In this document: positions 19,382-30,312 of the stretch, in pieces | Layout: each line of letters begins with the position of its first letter | How positions within the stretch are numbered: the stretch's first letter is position 1 | IMG/VR virus record: IMGVR_UViG_3300015608_001493 | DNA length: 64,000 nt | Reading direction: 5' to 3' (one strand) | Origin: an uncultured virus (IMG/VR IMGVR_UViG_3300015608_001493) | Lineage: Duplodnaviria; Heunggongvirae; Uroviricota; Caudoviricetes | Notes under the pieces: model-generated | Told to the model about the DNA's origin: nothing | The model's database searches: none | Seen by the model: the letters and a program-made list of their open reading frames with translations, nothing else | Made by a program: the position numbers and the translations under genes

Positions 19382-21903
19382 TATTTTGGTGTTGTTGTTT
19401 GCAGTTGTTTGAGTCCAAACTCTACCTCTGCAAACATTTGATTAATATCTTTACGTGGGACAGTCCTTGATTCGTTATCTATTGTAAGGTTAACATAGGG
19501 ATACCCTGGAATCTTAGAAATTCTAACTTGCTTCCCTTCAATTATTCTATTAACATTACCTTTTCGTTCAAAAATATCATTATAAACTGCGTCAAAAGGT
19601 AACGTAGTTTGCATAGGTACTTTATACCACACGTTTGGTTTAGGGTCTTTTAATTCACCTCCCACGGTTACAATCTTTGCACCAGCAGATTTTAATCTTT
19701 CTGCTTCCTTCTCGGTAATAGAGAAGCCTCCATAACTTCCTACACCATAAGGAATACTTACGTTAGTCACTTGGGTAGGATCAATACTTACAGGGTTATC
19801 TTCTGAGGAAAGTTTAATAGCCTGATTAATTTGACCAATTGCCGAGGTGCGAGTTTTATCATCAAGGGCTACTAACTGTTTTCCTTGAAAATGCTGAGGA
19901 AGTTTATTCATCATAACATCTTGAAGAACAGTTTGACTCTTTTGCTCTTGTTCCACAGCCTTTCCTACAAGACGAAAGAAATACGGGTCTTCACTAAAGA
20001 TTTGATCTATATATAACTGTTTAAACTTCTGTCCGTAAAAAGGGTTTATTACTAACCCTGCTGCGGGAAAGACTATTAGATCTCCCCACGAAGGTTTTCT
20101 CTTTTCGTACTCTTTTTTGATTTCAGACCAAGTATATTGTTTATATCCACCTTTTCCATCAGGAAGACCAAAACTCATTTCACCTGTTCCATTCCATCCA
20201 TTTACTCTTGCGTAATCACCTAATGAATATTGACCTCCTTCGAGTTTAATTTCATCTGATCGTAGTTGATTATTTACCGCAGAGGTAACTTCTTGGGCCA
20301 CCTCTGTATAATATTGAGCAATATCTTTATCTCGTGAATACTCTGAGATAACCAGAGAGACATAAGGATCATTCTTAAAATCTCCATTTATCACTTGTGC
20401 TTTAAATGCTCTAAACCCATTAAGTGATGCTTCCTCACCTGCTTTTGCTTTGTATCCGTTCCAGAGTTTAACCTCATAGTTGTCCGCATTTTGTTCAAGC
20501 CATTTCTGATCTTTAAGTTGCGCAGGATTAAAGTTTTCACTTGTAATAATATCCGCAGTTTTTCTCGAATACTGTTTTTCTGTTTCAATAAAGTTTTCCC
20601 AAGAACTAATTGCTGTCTCAGGAGATTTAAATATATCAACCGGCGCTGAAAAATTATTATTCTGGTTTTCACTATTTGACTTGGCTTTTTCAAGTGCCAA
20701 TCGTGTTTTTGCGATCTCACCATCTAACACAAGTCGTTGCTCCATTATATCCATTTTGCGATCTGCAAAATAAGCGTTATCTATACCTGCTTTTTTTACA
20801 GTTTCTTTCCAAGAGAGTGCTTCACTAATACCATTGACATAGTTTTCCATCATCATTTGGCTGACATAAGGTAACATATCATTAGTATCAAATTTAGCCC
20901 ACTCATCGGGTGTAATGCTGTTTTGTTCTGCTTTCAACAAATGTTCTTTGAGTTGCTGCTCTTGTTCAGAATACATTTTTTGCAACATTGTGTACTCTTC
21001 TTCTTTCTGAGTTCTTTCCTCAGGAGAAAGTTTTGAATCAAGTTTCTTAGGATCAAACTGCTTTTTATAAGCAGTAACCATATCTAACTTTTTCTGAATG
21101 TTATCTTTCTCTCCTTTAATCCAAGAGTTGTAAGACTCATAGAGACTGGATTTACCCTCTGGGGAGTTCATTTGAAGAATCCGATATTTTGATAAAACAT
21201 CTATCTGTGCAATCTCATCTTGGTCAAGTGATGATTGAAACAGTGTTCTAATCTTGTCCGCAGAAACACCTTTCTCTGTTTCTAACAAAGAGTAACCTGG
21301 TGCATTGGGAATCGGTCCTTCGCTAGTTTGGGAATCAGCATGTAACAACTTTGTAAGGTTGACCATTTTTTGGTCAATATCTTTGAAAGGAACGTATCTC
21401 TGTTGCTTAGTTTCCCAACCATTAATATCTTTTGCTACAATAAAGTCGTTTAAACCACCTTCCCAGTTTCTAAAAACAAAATCGTTAATGGAATTATAAC
21501 CACTTTTAGCAGGGTCTTTACTCTTTTGCATTCCATCTATAATAGAGAGTTGATCTTGATAATAACGACTTAGATGCGACCTTCTTTTTAAATCGTCATC
21601 CGAGGCAATTCTTTGAAACATTGATGCAACCCGTGCTTGGTTTTTTGCATCTGATAGGTCACCCAAATCGCTATTCAAAGTGTTGTTTATCTCTTGGTTA
21701 TATTGATCAAGTTTCTTTCTACCTTCTTCGTTAATCATTGAGATGTTCAATGACGTAGAACGCAAGTTATTGAGTCGAGATAAAACTTGATTATATTCTT
21801 GCTGCTTCTTACCAAGAATTGCAAACTCCAAACTTGTATCATAGTTTGTAGTTTTATAGTTGGGAAGAACTAAATCTGGTGTATATGGTGTAATTGTCGG
21901 CAT
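19381..21903 (-). CDS. Virion cargo protein
   Basis: 840 aa, coiled-coil-rich N-terminus; syntenic position between muzzle and RNAP genes. Confidence 0.6.
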   Translation of the reverse strand: MPTITPYTPDLVLPNYKTTNYDTSLEFAILGKKQQEYNQVLSRLNNLRSTSLNISMINEEGRKKLDQYNQEINNTLNSDLGDLSDAKNQARVASMFQRIASDDDLKRRSHLSRYYQDQLSIIDGMQKSKDPAKSGYNSINDFVFRNWEGGLNDFIVAKDINGWETKQQRYVPFKDIDQKMVNLTKLLHADSQTSEGPIPNAPGYSLLETEKGVSADKIRTLFQSSLDQDEIAQIDVLSKYRILQMNSPEGKSSLYESYNSWIKGEKDNIQKKLDMVTAYKKQFDPKKLDSKLSPEERTQKEEEYTMLQKMYSEQEQQLKEHLLKAEQNSITPDEWAKFDTNDMLPYVSQMMMENYVNGISEALSWKETVKKAGIDNAYFADRKMDIMEQRLVLDGEIAKTRLALEKAKSNSENQNNNFSAPVDIFKSPETAISSWENFIETEKQYSRKTADIITSENFNPAQLKDQKWLEQNADNYEVKLWNGYKAKAGEEASLNGFRAFKAQVINGDFKNDPYVSLVISEYSRDKDIAQYYTEVAQEVTSAVNNQLRSDEIKLEGGQYSLGDYARVNGWNGTGEMSFGLPDGKGGYKQYTWSEIKKEYEKRKPSWGDLIVFPAAGLVINPFYGQKFKQLYIDQIFSEDPYFFRLVGKAVEQEQKSQTVLQDVMMNKLPQHFQGKQLVALDDKTRTSAIGQINQAIKLSSEDNPVSIDPTQVTNVSIPYGVGSYGGFSITEKEAERLKSAGAKIVTVGGELKDPKPNVWYKVPMQTTLPFDAVYNDIFERKGNVNRIIEGKQVRISKIPGYPYVNLTIDNESRTVPRKDINQMFAEVEFGLKQLQTTTPK

Positions 21904-21904
21904 G

Positions 21905-24103
21905 TTAGTTAAACTTTACAATTTCAGATTTACCATCAGGAGATGTTACAATTCCAATTCCAGGACCAATCATAGTAAGCGAGGCTCCATTTGGAAGAGG
22001 TCTACTAGGAGAGTTTTGTTGATATTGGTTTAACATCTCTTCTTGTTCTTTTAACGGATCAGGTTTAGAACCTTTAAACTCTACTTTTCCTGTCCAAGGG
22101 TTTACCTTATAGTTGTCTGAGAGTTGATTACGCATTTTAGTATCTTCAACATAATCTATAAAAGAACGTAAAGAGTTCACAGTTCTGGATTTTTTCTGTG
22201 CCTTAAACTGATCTCTAAGATATTCTACCCTGGATTTACGTTGTAAATAATCTTCGACATCATTTCTGTGCTGATCAATATTAGCGTTTTGATAACCTTC
22301 TAACCTTGACAAATCCTGGTTTATCTTTTGACTATAACGCTCTGTATTAGCCAAATCAAGTTGTGCTCTATTATTCTGATATTGAGCGTTTAACTCTGCA
22401 ATACGAGTTTGTTTTACTTGTTCAGGCATATCAGAGTTTTGAACCTGACTAATAGCCAGTGAAAGTGAACGCTCTGCTTCTTTGTTATCCATGTCTACAA
22501 AACGAGACATAATTGGATATTTTCTTTGATCATAGAACGTAGGCTCTATAACTTTTAAAGAATCACTGTTGGCTAAAAGAACATCTAAGATTGTTCCTGT
22601 AACCTTGGGACTGAGTGCAAAGTCCCAAGGTTTTTTTAACGTGTTAGGTTTAGACTCTACGGTTTGAGACTCATTAACAACAGCAGGAAGTTCAGGAGCA
22701 CCTCTTTCTGAGGAAACCTGAGATAATGGTCGACTTGGTAAAAGATCAAAGTTAGGAAAGGGTTTTCTATTATCTACGGGTTTATCAGATGTTGGTGCAA
22801 CCTGTTTAGGTTTTGTTTTTCCAGACCTATCTTTTGCTAAGGCTGGTTTCTCATTAGGAACCACAATGTCTAATGTGGGAGGATTTAACTCTTTATATAG
22901 AAGAGATGCAGCGTCAACATCATCGTTTGAAAATGGTGCATTCAATACCACCCCAGTTGTAACTGTTGGAGAAGGTTCTTGATGATTAACTGGAAAACTC
23001 CAATCCTCACGTGGACCCTTAAAACCAGGTGTTGTTAGTGAGTTATATTGAATCTGACTCATAAAGTCAGATGATTTATTATCATCCGTAGCACTCCATT
23101 TTCTATCAATGTTTGTAGGAAAACCGTAGTTAACACCTGCAAACCTCCTAAGTCTGGTTAAGGGATCACCCTCGTCAACAAAACCCCCTGATTGCATTAC
23201 CTCTTTGTTTTCTTTTTGTTTTACTGCTTCTTGTGTAGCAAAAAGGGTTTTTAAAGCCGCACTATGTGTTGCAAGTTTAATCGTGGCGGTGTTGCGTTCA
23301 AATTGATCTGAGTCAGGGTGCGCTAAAATATCTTCATATTTTTTAGTATCAAACATTTTAGAAATATCAGCATAAGATTTTTTTGTTTTAATGTTCTTTC
23401 CTGTAAGTTGTTTTACTAACGCTTTTGGTACTTTAAGATGCTCAGAAAACACCATTGTGCCACCAGGAAGGTTTGTTGGAATACCACCTTCGGAGTGCTT
23501 TGGGCCTTCAAAACGCACAAGACTTTCATTAGGAAGTAGTGCTGTTTCTCCACCTTCAACCTCTACATTTGCTAATGATCTATGTGTTTCAGGATAAACT
23601 TGTCCTCCATCTTGATGAAAACCGTGATGTTTTTTAAAAGTTTGAGCCAACCTCCACTGAGGACTACCCTTTGGGCAATCATAATTAGGTGATCCTGGTG
23701 TACAACGACCAGGATGTTTTACAGCCTTCTGAATCCATTTTCCGTCCTTAGCCTCACAATCTACACAACCTCCGTATGTTAACTTTCTCATGTATTCTTG
23801 TTGCTCATCTTCTGATAAGGTTTCCATATAATCTATAAGGTTGTCTTGATCTTTTTCAGAAAGAGAACGAAGATAGTTTTCAAAAGGATGACCTCCCTTT
23901 TTCATTTTATATTCCATAACTTGTGTTGAATTTGGAAAGAAATATTCATTTTCAGGATACATTATTTTTGGTTTATCTCCATCAGGTACCGCCAAAACTG
24001 GAAACTCCACATCCTTCATTGTGATGGATGGAGAGTTAATTAAAATTGATTTTCTATTTTTAAATGGAGAGTTTTTCTTGTATCCTTTCTTTTGAATACT
24101 CAT
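21905..24103 (-). CDS. Modular cargo protein with xxGG linkers
   Basis: Modules ITMKDVEFPVL, WIQKAVKHPG and NVEVEGGE...GPKHSEGGI separated by MKKGG / HQDGG / MQSGG motifs; coiled-coil C-terminus. Confidence 0.65.
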   Translation of the reverse strand: MSIQKKGYKKNSPFKNRKSILINSPSITMKDVEFPVLAVPDGDKPKIMYPENEYFFPNSTQVMEYKMKKGGHPFENYLRSLSEKDQDNLIDYMETLSEDEQQEYMRKLTYGGCVDCEAKDGKWIQKAVKHPGRCTPGSPNYDCPKGSPQWRLAQTFKKHHGFHQDGGQVYPETHRSLANVEVEGGETALLPNESLVRFEGPKHSEGGIPTNLPGGTMVFSEHLKVPKALVKQLTGKNIKTKKSYADISKMFDTKKYEDILAHPDSDQFERNTATIKLATHSAALKTLFATQEAVKQKENKEVMQSGGFVDEGDPLTRLRRFAGVNYGFPTNIDRKWSATDDNKSSDFMSQIQYNSLTTPGFKGPREDWSFPVNHQEPSPTVTTGVVLNAPFSNDDVDAASLLYKELNPPTLDIVVPNEKPALAKDRSGKTKPKQVAPTSDKPVDNRKPFPNFDLLPSRPLSQVSSERGAPELPAVVNESQTVESKPNTLKKPWDFALSPKVTGTILDVLLANSDSLKVIEPTFYDQRKYPIMSRFVDMDNKEAERSLSLAISQVQNSDMPEQVKQTRIAELNAQYQNNRAQLDLANTERYSQKINQDLSRLEGYQNANIDQHRNDVEDYLQRKSRVEYLRDQFKAQKKSRTVNSLRSFIDYVEDTKMRNQLSDNYKVNPWTGKVEFKGSKPDPLKEQEEMLNQYQQNSPSRPLPNGASLTMIGPGIGIVTSPDGKSEIVKFN

Positions 24104-24660
24104 AACAGTTCACTTATATAGTTGTCCAAAAGTTTAAGCGCAATCTTATCATCACCAAACGTTTCAATATGGTTTACTAAATCCCAAGATTTTTCCATTT
24201 CTTCTACTTGTTCAGAGAGAAACCATTGAGCCAAAGAGTAAGTAAGATGATCTCCTTCTTCCATACATGCTTTGGCTAACTCTTTACACTGTTCTGTAAC
24301 CAAAGATTCATGTTCAAGAGTTTTATAAATTATTTCTTTTAAACCTTCTAACTCGTTTTCTACGGATTCAATTGGTTGAGTTTTAGGAAGTATGTTAAAA
24401 GATAATAAATACTCACGACATTTATTAGCGTGATTTAGTTCTTCATCGGAGTATTTTTTATAAAGTTTAGCCGCATTAAAATAAGCCTTATCTTGGAGAG
24501 CAAGCGAAAATGCTAAATAGACGCGAGAACTAAGTTCTTCTTGATTAATTCGAAAGTTTAACAAACCTATAATTCTCTCAGAGAGAAAAACATATTTTCC
24601 CTGAGCACTACTTGTTTGATCGGCAATTGTTTTACGATTAAGTTTGTCTATGATATCCAT
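24100..24660 (-). CDS. ftn: Ferritin (non-heme, Ftn-type)
   Basis: INQEELSSRVY, SDEELNHA, LEHESLVT and WFLSEQVEEME: complete ferroxidase-centre pattern. Confidence 0.9.
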   Translation of the reverse strand: MDIIDKLNRKTIADQTSSAQGKYVFLSERIIGLLNFRINQEELSSRVYLAFSLALQDKAYFNAAKLYKKYSDEELNHANKCREYLLSFNILPKTQPIESVENELEGLKEIIYKTLEHESLVTEQCKELAKACMEEGDHLTYSLAQWFLSEQVEEMEKSWDLVNHIETFGDDKIALKLLDNYISELL

Positions 24661-26084
24661 TATTTAATATATTTTAAAATATCAGGATTATTGTATTTAC
24701 GTTTTTCTTCTTGACTTACTTCAAAGTTTCCAGTTTGAAGTCTTTTTCTTGTATCTCCTACTCCTCGATAGTGCAGCATTTTTATAATTTGATCGTCTGT
24801 TAAATTATATTTTGCAGCAAGAGGTCGAAGTTTTTCTACTTCTGGAAGATATATATCTTGGTAAACATGTTGCATAAAACTCTCTTGTGCCTCAGGAGAG
24901 TTTCTAAAATTTCTCATTACTTCTGATTTTGACATATCAGAAGGAAGTCCCATAAAACTTCGTATTTGATCTCCCCAGTGTGTAGGCATAAATTGATATT
25001 TTCCAGATGCTCCGCCCCTAGGGTTTACTGCTTGATAGTTTCCACCAGATTCTTTCATTCCAATTTCCTCTAAAACAGATGTTTGTTTTACATCAGGATA
25101 ACCTGTGTTAAAATAAGCATCATTGATGGAATAATCTTTTGAAGGCTCATCGTCTGCAAATATCCAGTTTTCCATTGCGTTTGATTCTTCTGGTAAATCA
25201 TTACTAGATTCTTGCCAAGGAGAGACAAAGTTTTCAGAATATAAAGATTCTGTATCTATCTCACCACCTTCTTGTTGTCTGAAACGATCTCTGGATTTAG
25301 AGTGACCAGAATCATCAGGGTTATTAGGGTTGGTCAAAAAAAAATTAGGTTTATTAGTATTAACTTGTACATTTTTTAGTTCTTTGTTATCTCGGGTTTT
25401 TTTATCACGCATTTTATCTTGACGAATTTCTTCTTCGGTTAATCCTCCTTGTTGAAAGAAAAATTTTGCTCCATCAACAAGACCTGATGCAAGACTACTA
25501 AAACCAGATTGCTGTAAAGATTTTGCTTTTTGTTTTTTATCTTCAACAGTATTATCGTAGAACCCTTGAATCATTTTATTAGACTGTAACCTGTCTTGTT
25601 CTTTATCTTGGTACATTTCCATAAAATAATCTATTTGAGAGGGCATTGACATACCGCCATTTTGAAAAGAATAAGACGGACCATAGTTTGAACTTCTTCC
25701 ACTCGTATAAGGAGTAGCATAGAAATTGTTTCCTCTTTGTTCCTCCATTCGACGCTTGGTATCAGCATCAAATATTTTACGTAACTGTCGAGCCTCTCGT
25801 TTCTCTTTACCTGATTTAATAAGAGCGTCAACTCCCATTATAACCTTGCCTATTCCTGGAAGCGCGTCAGCAAAGTTAAAACCTTGATTTTGATTGGTTT
25901 GATTATTCGGGCTTGTTTGATTGTTTTGAGTCATCATTGACTGAGACAACATTGGTGGCTGAGCAGCATCTTCCATAGGGTTAGCACTACGCCAAACTTC
26001 CCAATCAAAGTCTTCCACTGGATCAATATATGTTCCAAGTTGACATTTTTTTAAATATCCTTTTGCTTTTTTACTGAGTTTCAT
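24660..26084 (-). CDS. Cargo protein with C-terminal lysozyme-fold (transglycosylase-like) domain
   Basis: IGMKESGGNYQAVN...ASGKYQFMPTHW motif; repeated QxGG linkers. Confidence 0.8.
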   Translation of the reverse strand: MKLSKKAKGYLKKCQLGTYIDPVEDFDWEVWRSANPMEDAAQPPMLSQSMMTQNNQTSPNNQTNQNQGFNFADALPGIGKVIMGVDALIKSGKEKREARQLRKIFDADTKRRMEEQRGNNFYATPYTSGRSSNYGPSYSFQNGGMSMPSQIDYFMEMYQDKEQDRLQSNKMIQGFYDNTVEDKKQKAKSLQQSGFSSLASGLVDGAKFFFQQGGLTEEEIRQDKMRDKKTRDNKELKNVQVNTNKPNFFLTNPNNPDDSGHSKSRDRFRQQEGGEIDTESLYSENFVSPWQESSNDLPEESNAMENWIFADDEPSKDYSINDAYFNTGYPDVKQTSVLEEIGMKESGGNYQAVNPRGGASGKYQFMPTHWGDQIRSFMGLPSDMSKSEVMRNFRNSPEAQESFMQHVYQDIYLPEVEKLRPLAAKYNLTDDQIIKMLHYRGVGDTRKRLQTGNFEVSQEEKRKYNNPDILKYIK

Positions 26085-26085
26085 A

Positions 26086-29000
26086 TTAACCAGTCGTGTT
26101 ATCTACCTGAGGTAGAATAAGTTGTGACAAAATTTTATATTCAGAGTTTACTACATTAAAGTGTAGTTTTAACCAACTTCCTTTTAAATCAGAGCGATTA
26201 CGAGGGTTTATTAATGGGTCAACATTTATTGGAGTATAATAAACCCCAGAGTCACTCCATTGAATACTTGGAGTGTTTGTGTCAGGTTTGATGTTTTCAA
26301 ACTTATTAAACCTAAACACAGAATCGTTTACTAACGAAACTTCCGTAATTATAGGGTTTGCTTCTGCGTTTTGAACTAATGAATCTTGACGTTTATTTTT
26401 GTCTTTTAAAAACACTTGCATCCATCCTGTCGAACCATTATTATTATAAGCAAAGATTTTATCGAAAAATTTATTTTTTACATAGATCGCCTCGTTAAAA
26501 TTAGTATATTTTATCCATTCGGAAAAAAGTTCAAAACTTTGGTATTCTTGTTTTTTAAACCCGTTGTTAATAATAAGACCAATATCAAACGGGTAAACAA
26601 CACCATAATAAGATTGGTACAAACCTTGCTTGTTATGTTTCCAAATTCCAGTAAAATCGGAACTCATATATGAGTTAGGGAGACTGAAATAATATTCGGG
26701 TAAAAACGAATGAAAAGATATAAACCTGTTGATTATGGGTTTATAAGAAATTGTCCAGTTATCTCTTGACGAACGCTCAGACAAATACAGGTTATTGGTA
26801 TAGTTATCAAATACGGCTGTTAGTGATGTAAAATAATCTGGAAGATCACTATTTAAATAGTGATTTAACCAACTTTCCATTGTACCTGTTACATCCTCAA
26901 GTTGACCATTCCATTTAAAAAGTTTTTTACGATAACGATCTATAAAAAACGTTCCATATCTTGTGTTTACAAAAGAGCGTGGGTCAACACATCCTACATA
27001 ACCTGATTGTTCGTTTGATAACTTGACTAAACGGTTTGTAAAAATGTCTCCTTGATTTAAAAGAATGGAGTTCCCTTGGTTTGTTGTAAGATTAAAATTT
27101 ATTTGAGAATAAAGAATTTCATTCTCAAACGCAAAAAACAAAGAATACTGGTCTGTGTAGTGCATTCCTGTAAACTTACCATAGGTTCTGGGAAGTAATG
27201 TATAGTTTAATGGAGGAAAACTTAACCAAGGATTACCAGCGTTTTGAAAATCGTCTTTTCTGGAATAAATAACCAGGAAATCATTATCTGATTTTGTTGG
27301 AGTTAAATCCTGCGTAACTCTTTCGACCTCGTTATTAAGCAGAATAAAGTTGTAAAGGAATTTATTATCATAAGGAATTTTATCAGAACGCGCAATATCA
27401 TTGTAGTCAATCTTTGGATAAAACTGACCATTAATTGTAAAATCTTGTTCTCTAAAATCTCCAATAAACTCTGATTCACAATAAAAATATGCTACTCCTG
27501 TAACAAACACGTAAAACTTACCATAAGTAACTTTATTTGGGCCAGATGTAACATCATCTTGACCATCTAAGTTATATTGATCGTTTGCCTGAGACTGGTT
27601 ATCATACCAGTTTCTTGGATACCAAACGTTACGATAGTTTCGATAATTATATTCTGTGGTAATAGGAACATCTGTTAACCATTGAGTAAACAACGGCATT
27701 TTTCTTAAAACAGAGTGTTTAGTAATATAAACATCTCCACCATAAATTATATCTGAAACATAATATACAGGTGTTGGAGGAGACACTAACTTTACATATT
27801 TGATACAACTGACAGGTCGATAAAGAATTTGATCCAAAGAACCATACTGATCAGGCTGTTTAATTTTTACTGCACCATAATAGGAAACAGATTGAATATT
27901 TTTTGGTACATCTGTTCCTCCAACTACTCTGTTAACTGTATTAAAATAGTTATAAGACGGAAGAGACGAGGTTCCTAAATAACCAAACTCGGTAGCAAAA
28001 ACTCTTGATACATCCATGTTTTGAGGGTCATCAAGGTTTCGATTTAAGTTTATATAGTATGAAGACTCTCGTAACCAGTTATTAAACTTTTTTCCGTTAC
28101 TTAAAAGTTGGTTTACAGGTACGAGATACTGAGAGGTTCTAATTTGAAAACGACTTTTTAAATCAAAGGAATTTGGGAGAGGTTCGAACTTAGAATAGTT
28201 TGCCACCGAGTTTACTTGGGTTGCATAGTTTCCATATGCAAAACCAGATGTGTCTCCAAGACCTAACTTAACCTGAGGATGTTGATATACATCTTTAAAA
28301 TCTCCAAATATATATCCGATTTCTTCACCATAAACTTTAAGTTCTGTTCCAAACTCTTGTCTTGTTTCTCTAAAATGAATATCAGGAGAATGATAAGTAA
28401 ACTGGTCTCGTGCGTAACTCTTCGGATAATTTCCATTTGGAGGAGGTACTGAACCTGTTGAGTTATCTGCGTTTTGAATAACACTTAGAAACAAATCTGG
28501 ATTGAGATCATTAAACGGATAGTTTGGATATAAAATTTCTACTTTCTCAGTAGATGTGTCTTTCCAAACATTATAGAGCAAACCTTTATGTAAGATTGTT
28601 TTATTTCCATTACGATCACCAATTAAAATACGATAACCATTAATATCATCATCATAATCCCCGTTTTGTTTTTTAGGATGCTCTATGTTGTAGAGTTTGA
28701 TTGCTAACACATTTACACATTCAGGCTCATTAATAATGTTTTGTTCAGAGGGACAAACTTCATAGGAAAAACCTCCGGGTAGATTGATTGTTTCACAATC
28801 TTCTGGGTTTGCAGGGATTGTTTGAGTAGTGAAGTTGTCATGGATGTGAGTCAGGTTATGAGAAGGCATTCTATGGTGTCTAATTTTTTGACACGCTAAA
28901 CTACCCCACATTTCTGTATTAGGATATGTAAGGTTTTCAGCCTCCCAATAACCCATCTTCCCATCCTTGGAAATAACATCTCCTGAGCAATCTTTACATT

Positions 29001-30312
29001 CAACCTCATATTCGTTTAAGATTGAAGCAGTGTTTTCAATCTGCCATTTTTTAAGTGTTGCGCCTACACAATCTTTGATTTCATAAATATCGTTTGTAGC
29101 GTAATCATCAGCAGTATATTCAATTAAATCATCTGCCTCAGCAACTCTTCCTGGAATATGAAACCTACCTTTTGATTTTGCTTTTCGGGAATACCACTCA
29201 ATGTTTATTGAATAAACCTCATCCCTCATAAAAGAGGGATAAAGATGCGCTTTTTCCTTTGGTACTTTGATCTCCACCCATCTTACCACAATGTTGTTAG
29301 CCAACGGTTGATAGTTCAATATTTCTTCGGACCGAAACTTCCCTTTAATAAGGGTTTCACCGTTTGTTTCTATGTGTTCAGAACCATCATAAATTGGAGT
29401 TTTAGTAACTGCCTCCTCTGTGCTAATAATGGTTGAGTTTTCAAAGTTAGTAATTGAAACAGTGGTGTTAGAAAGGGGATAATGTCCGATTCTATAAACT
29501 ACCAAAGAACTCTCTTGTGTACGAGTAAGTAAGATTAAAGAGAAATAATCAAACGGAGAGTCAATACAACTGATATTTAGGTTTAGGCCAATATTACTTC
29601 CTTCGGACCATACTTTTACAGCAGGGCTAAAATAATAATCCGTAAACACGTTTTCTCCATCAGAGAATGCAATTGCGGCTTGATATACTCCTGATGCAAG
29701 TTGTCCTTGAAGATTAGGTTCCAATGTTAGACAGGGAACGTTAAACTGTTTGTTAACTCGTAAAGCGTTACAGTCTAAGGTTTCTCCTTCTTCATAATCA
29801 CAAGAGTCACATTTACTTCCAATGTGCACCTTTGGATAGGAACCATCCTCTTTTAAGACTAAAAACCTATCATCATTCCATCCATCTATAAAATAGATTT
29901 CTCGATCGTTTTCTTTGTTTGAATGTTTGTACTTTCCTCTTACAGGTTTATCTTTTCTAAACCCTAAGCAAGGATCAGACACATATTTAGTGTAACTACA
30001 AAACTCGGTGTTTAAAATTCCTATTTCAGAATCTACTACATTTTCTTCATTTAAAGGATCAAGAATACAAAAGAAAAGCACATACTCAAAGTTGTTGAGC
30101 ATAATGTGACCATTCAAATAATAGTTTTCAGGAAATTGAAAACACAAATCGTTTCCAAGTTGATTTTGGACAAACCAACTTTCTCCTCCTTCTTTTCCCT
30201 GTACATCTCCATTTAATAAATAGTACAAATCTTCTTCTTTAACCAAAGAAGGATGTGTATCAACGTTTAACCCTTTTGCTGCAAGAACCTGAGAATGTTC
30301 AATCATTACCAA
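26086..30312 (-). CDS. Tail stabilization / muzzle protein
   Basis: 1408 aa; KGLNVD N-terminus, SFMRDEVYS, IRHHRMPS, YGGDVYI and FISFHSFLP motifs; syntenic position. Confidence 0.8.
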   Translation of the reverse strand: MVMIEHSQVLAAKGLNVDTHPSLVKEEDLYYLLNGDVQGKEGGESWFVQNQLGNDLCFQFPENYYLNGHIMLNNFEYVLFFCILDPLNEENVVDSEIGILNTEFCSYTKYVSDPCLGFRKDKPVRGKYKHSNKENDREIYFIDGWNDDRFLVLKEDGSYPKVHIGSKCDSCDYEEGETLDCNALRVNKQFNVPCLTLEPNLQGQLASGVYQAAIAFSDGENVFTDYYFSPAVKVWSEGSNIGLNLNISCIDSPFDYFSLILLTRTQESSLVVYRIGHYPLSNTTVSITNFENSTIISTEEAVTKTPIYDGSEHIETNGETLIKGKFRSEEILNYQPLANNIVVRWVEIKVPKEKAHLYPSFMRDEVYSINIEWYSRKAKSKGRFHIPGRVAEADDLIEYTADDYATNDIYEIKDCVGATLKKWQIENTASILNEYEVECKDCSGDVISKDGKMGYWEAENLTYPNTEMWGSLACQKIRHHRMPSHNLTHIHDNFTTQTIPANPEDCETINLPGGFSYEVCPSEQNIINEPECVNVLAIKLYNIEHPKKQNGDYDDDINGYRILIGDRNGNKTILHKGLLYNVWKDTSTEKVEILYPNYPFNDLNPDLFLSVIQNADNSTGSVPPPNGNYPKSYARDQFTYHSPDIHFRETRQEFGTELKVYGEEIGYIFGDFKDVYQHPQVKLGLGDTSGFAYGNYATQVNSVANYSKFEPLPNSFDLKSRFQIRTSQYLVPVNQLLSNGKKFNNWLRESSYYINLNRNLDDPQNMDVSRVFATEFGYLGTSSLPSYNYFNTVNRVVGGTDVPKNIQSVSYYGAVKIKQPDQYGSLDQILYRPVSCIKYVKLVSPPTPVYYVSDIIYGGDVYITKHSVLRKMPLFTQWLTDVPITTEYNYRNYRNVWYPRNWYDNQSQANDQYNLDGQDDVTSGPNKVTYGKFYVFVTGVAYFYCESEFIGDFREQDFTINGQFYPKIDYNDIARSDKIPYDNKFLYNFILLNNEVERVTQDLTPTKSDNDFLVIYSRKDDFQNAGNPWLSFPPLNYTLLPRTYGKFTGMHYTDQYSLFFAFENEILYSQINFNLTTNQGNSILLNQGDIFTNRLVKLSNEQSGYVGCVDPRSFVNTRYGTFFIDRYRKKLFKWNGQLEDVTGTMESWLNHYLNSDLPDYFTSLTAVFDNYTNNLYLSERSSRDNWTISYKPIINRFISFHSFLPEYYFSLPNSYMSSDFTGIWKHNKQGLYQSYYGVVYPFDIGLIINNGFKKQEYQSFELFSEWIKYTNFNEAIYVKNKFFDKIFAYNNNGSTGWMQVFLKDKNKRQDSLVQNAEANPIITEVSLVNDSVFRFNKFENIKPDTNTPSIQWSDSGVYYTPINVDPLINPRNRSDLKGSWLKLHFNVVNSEYKILSQLILPQVDNTTG

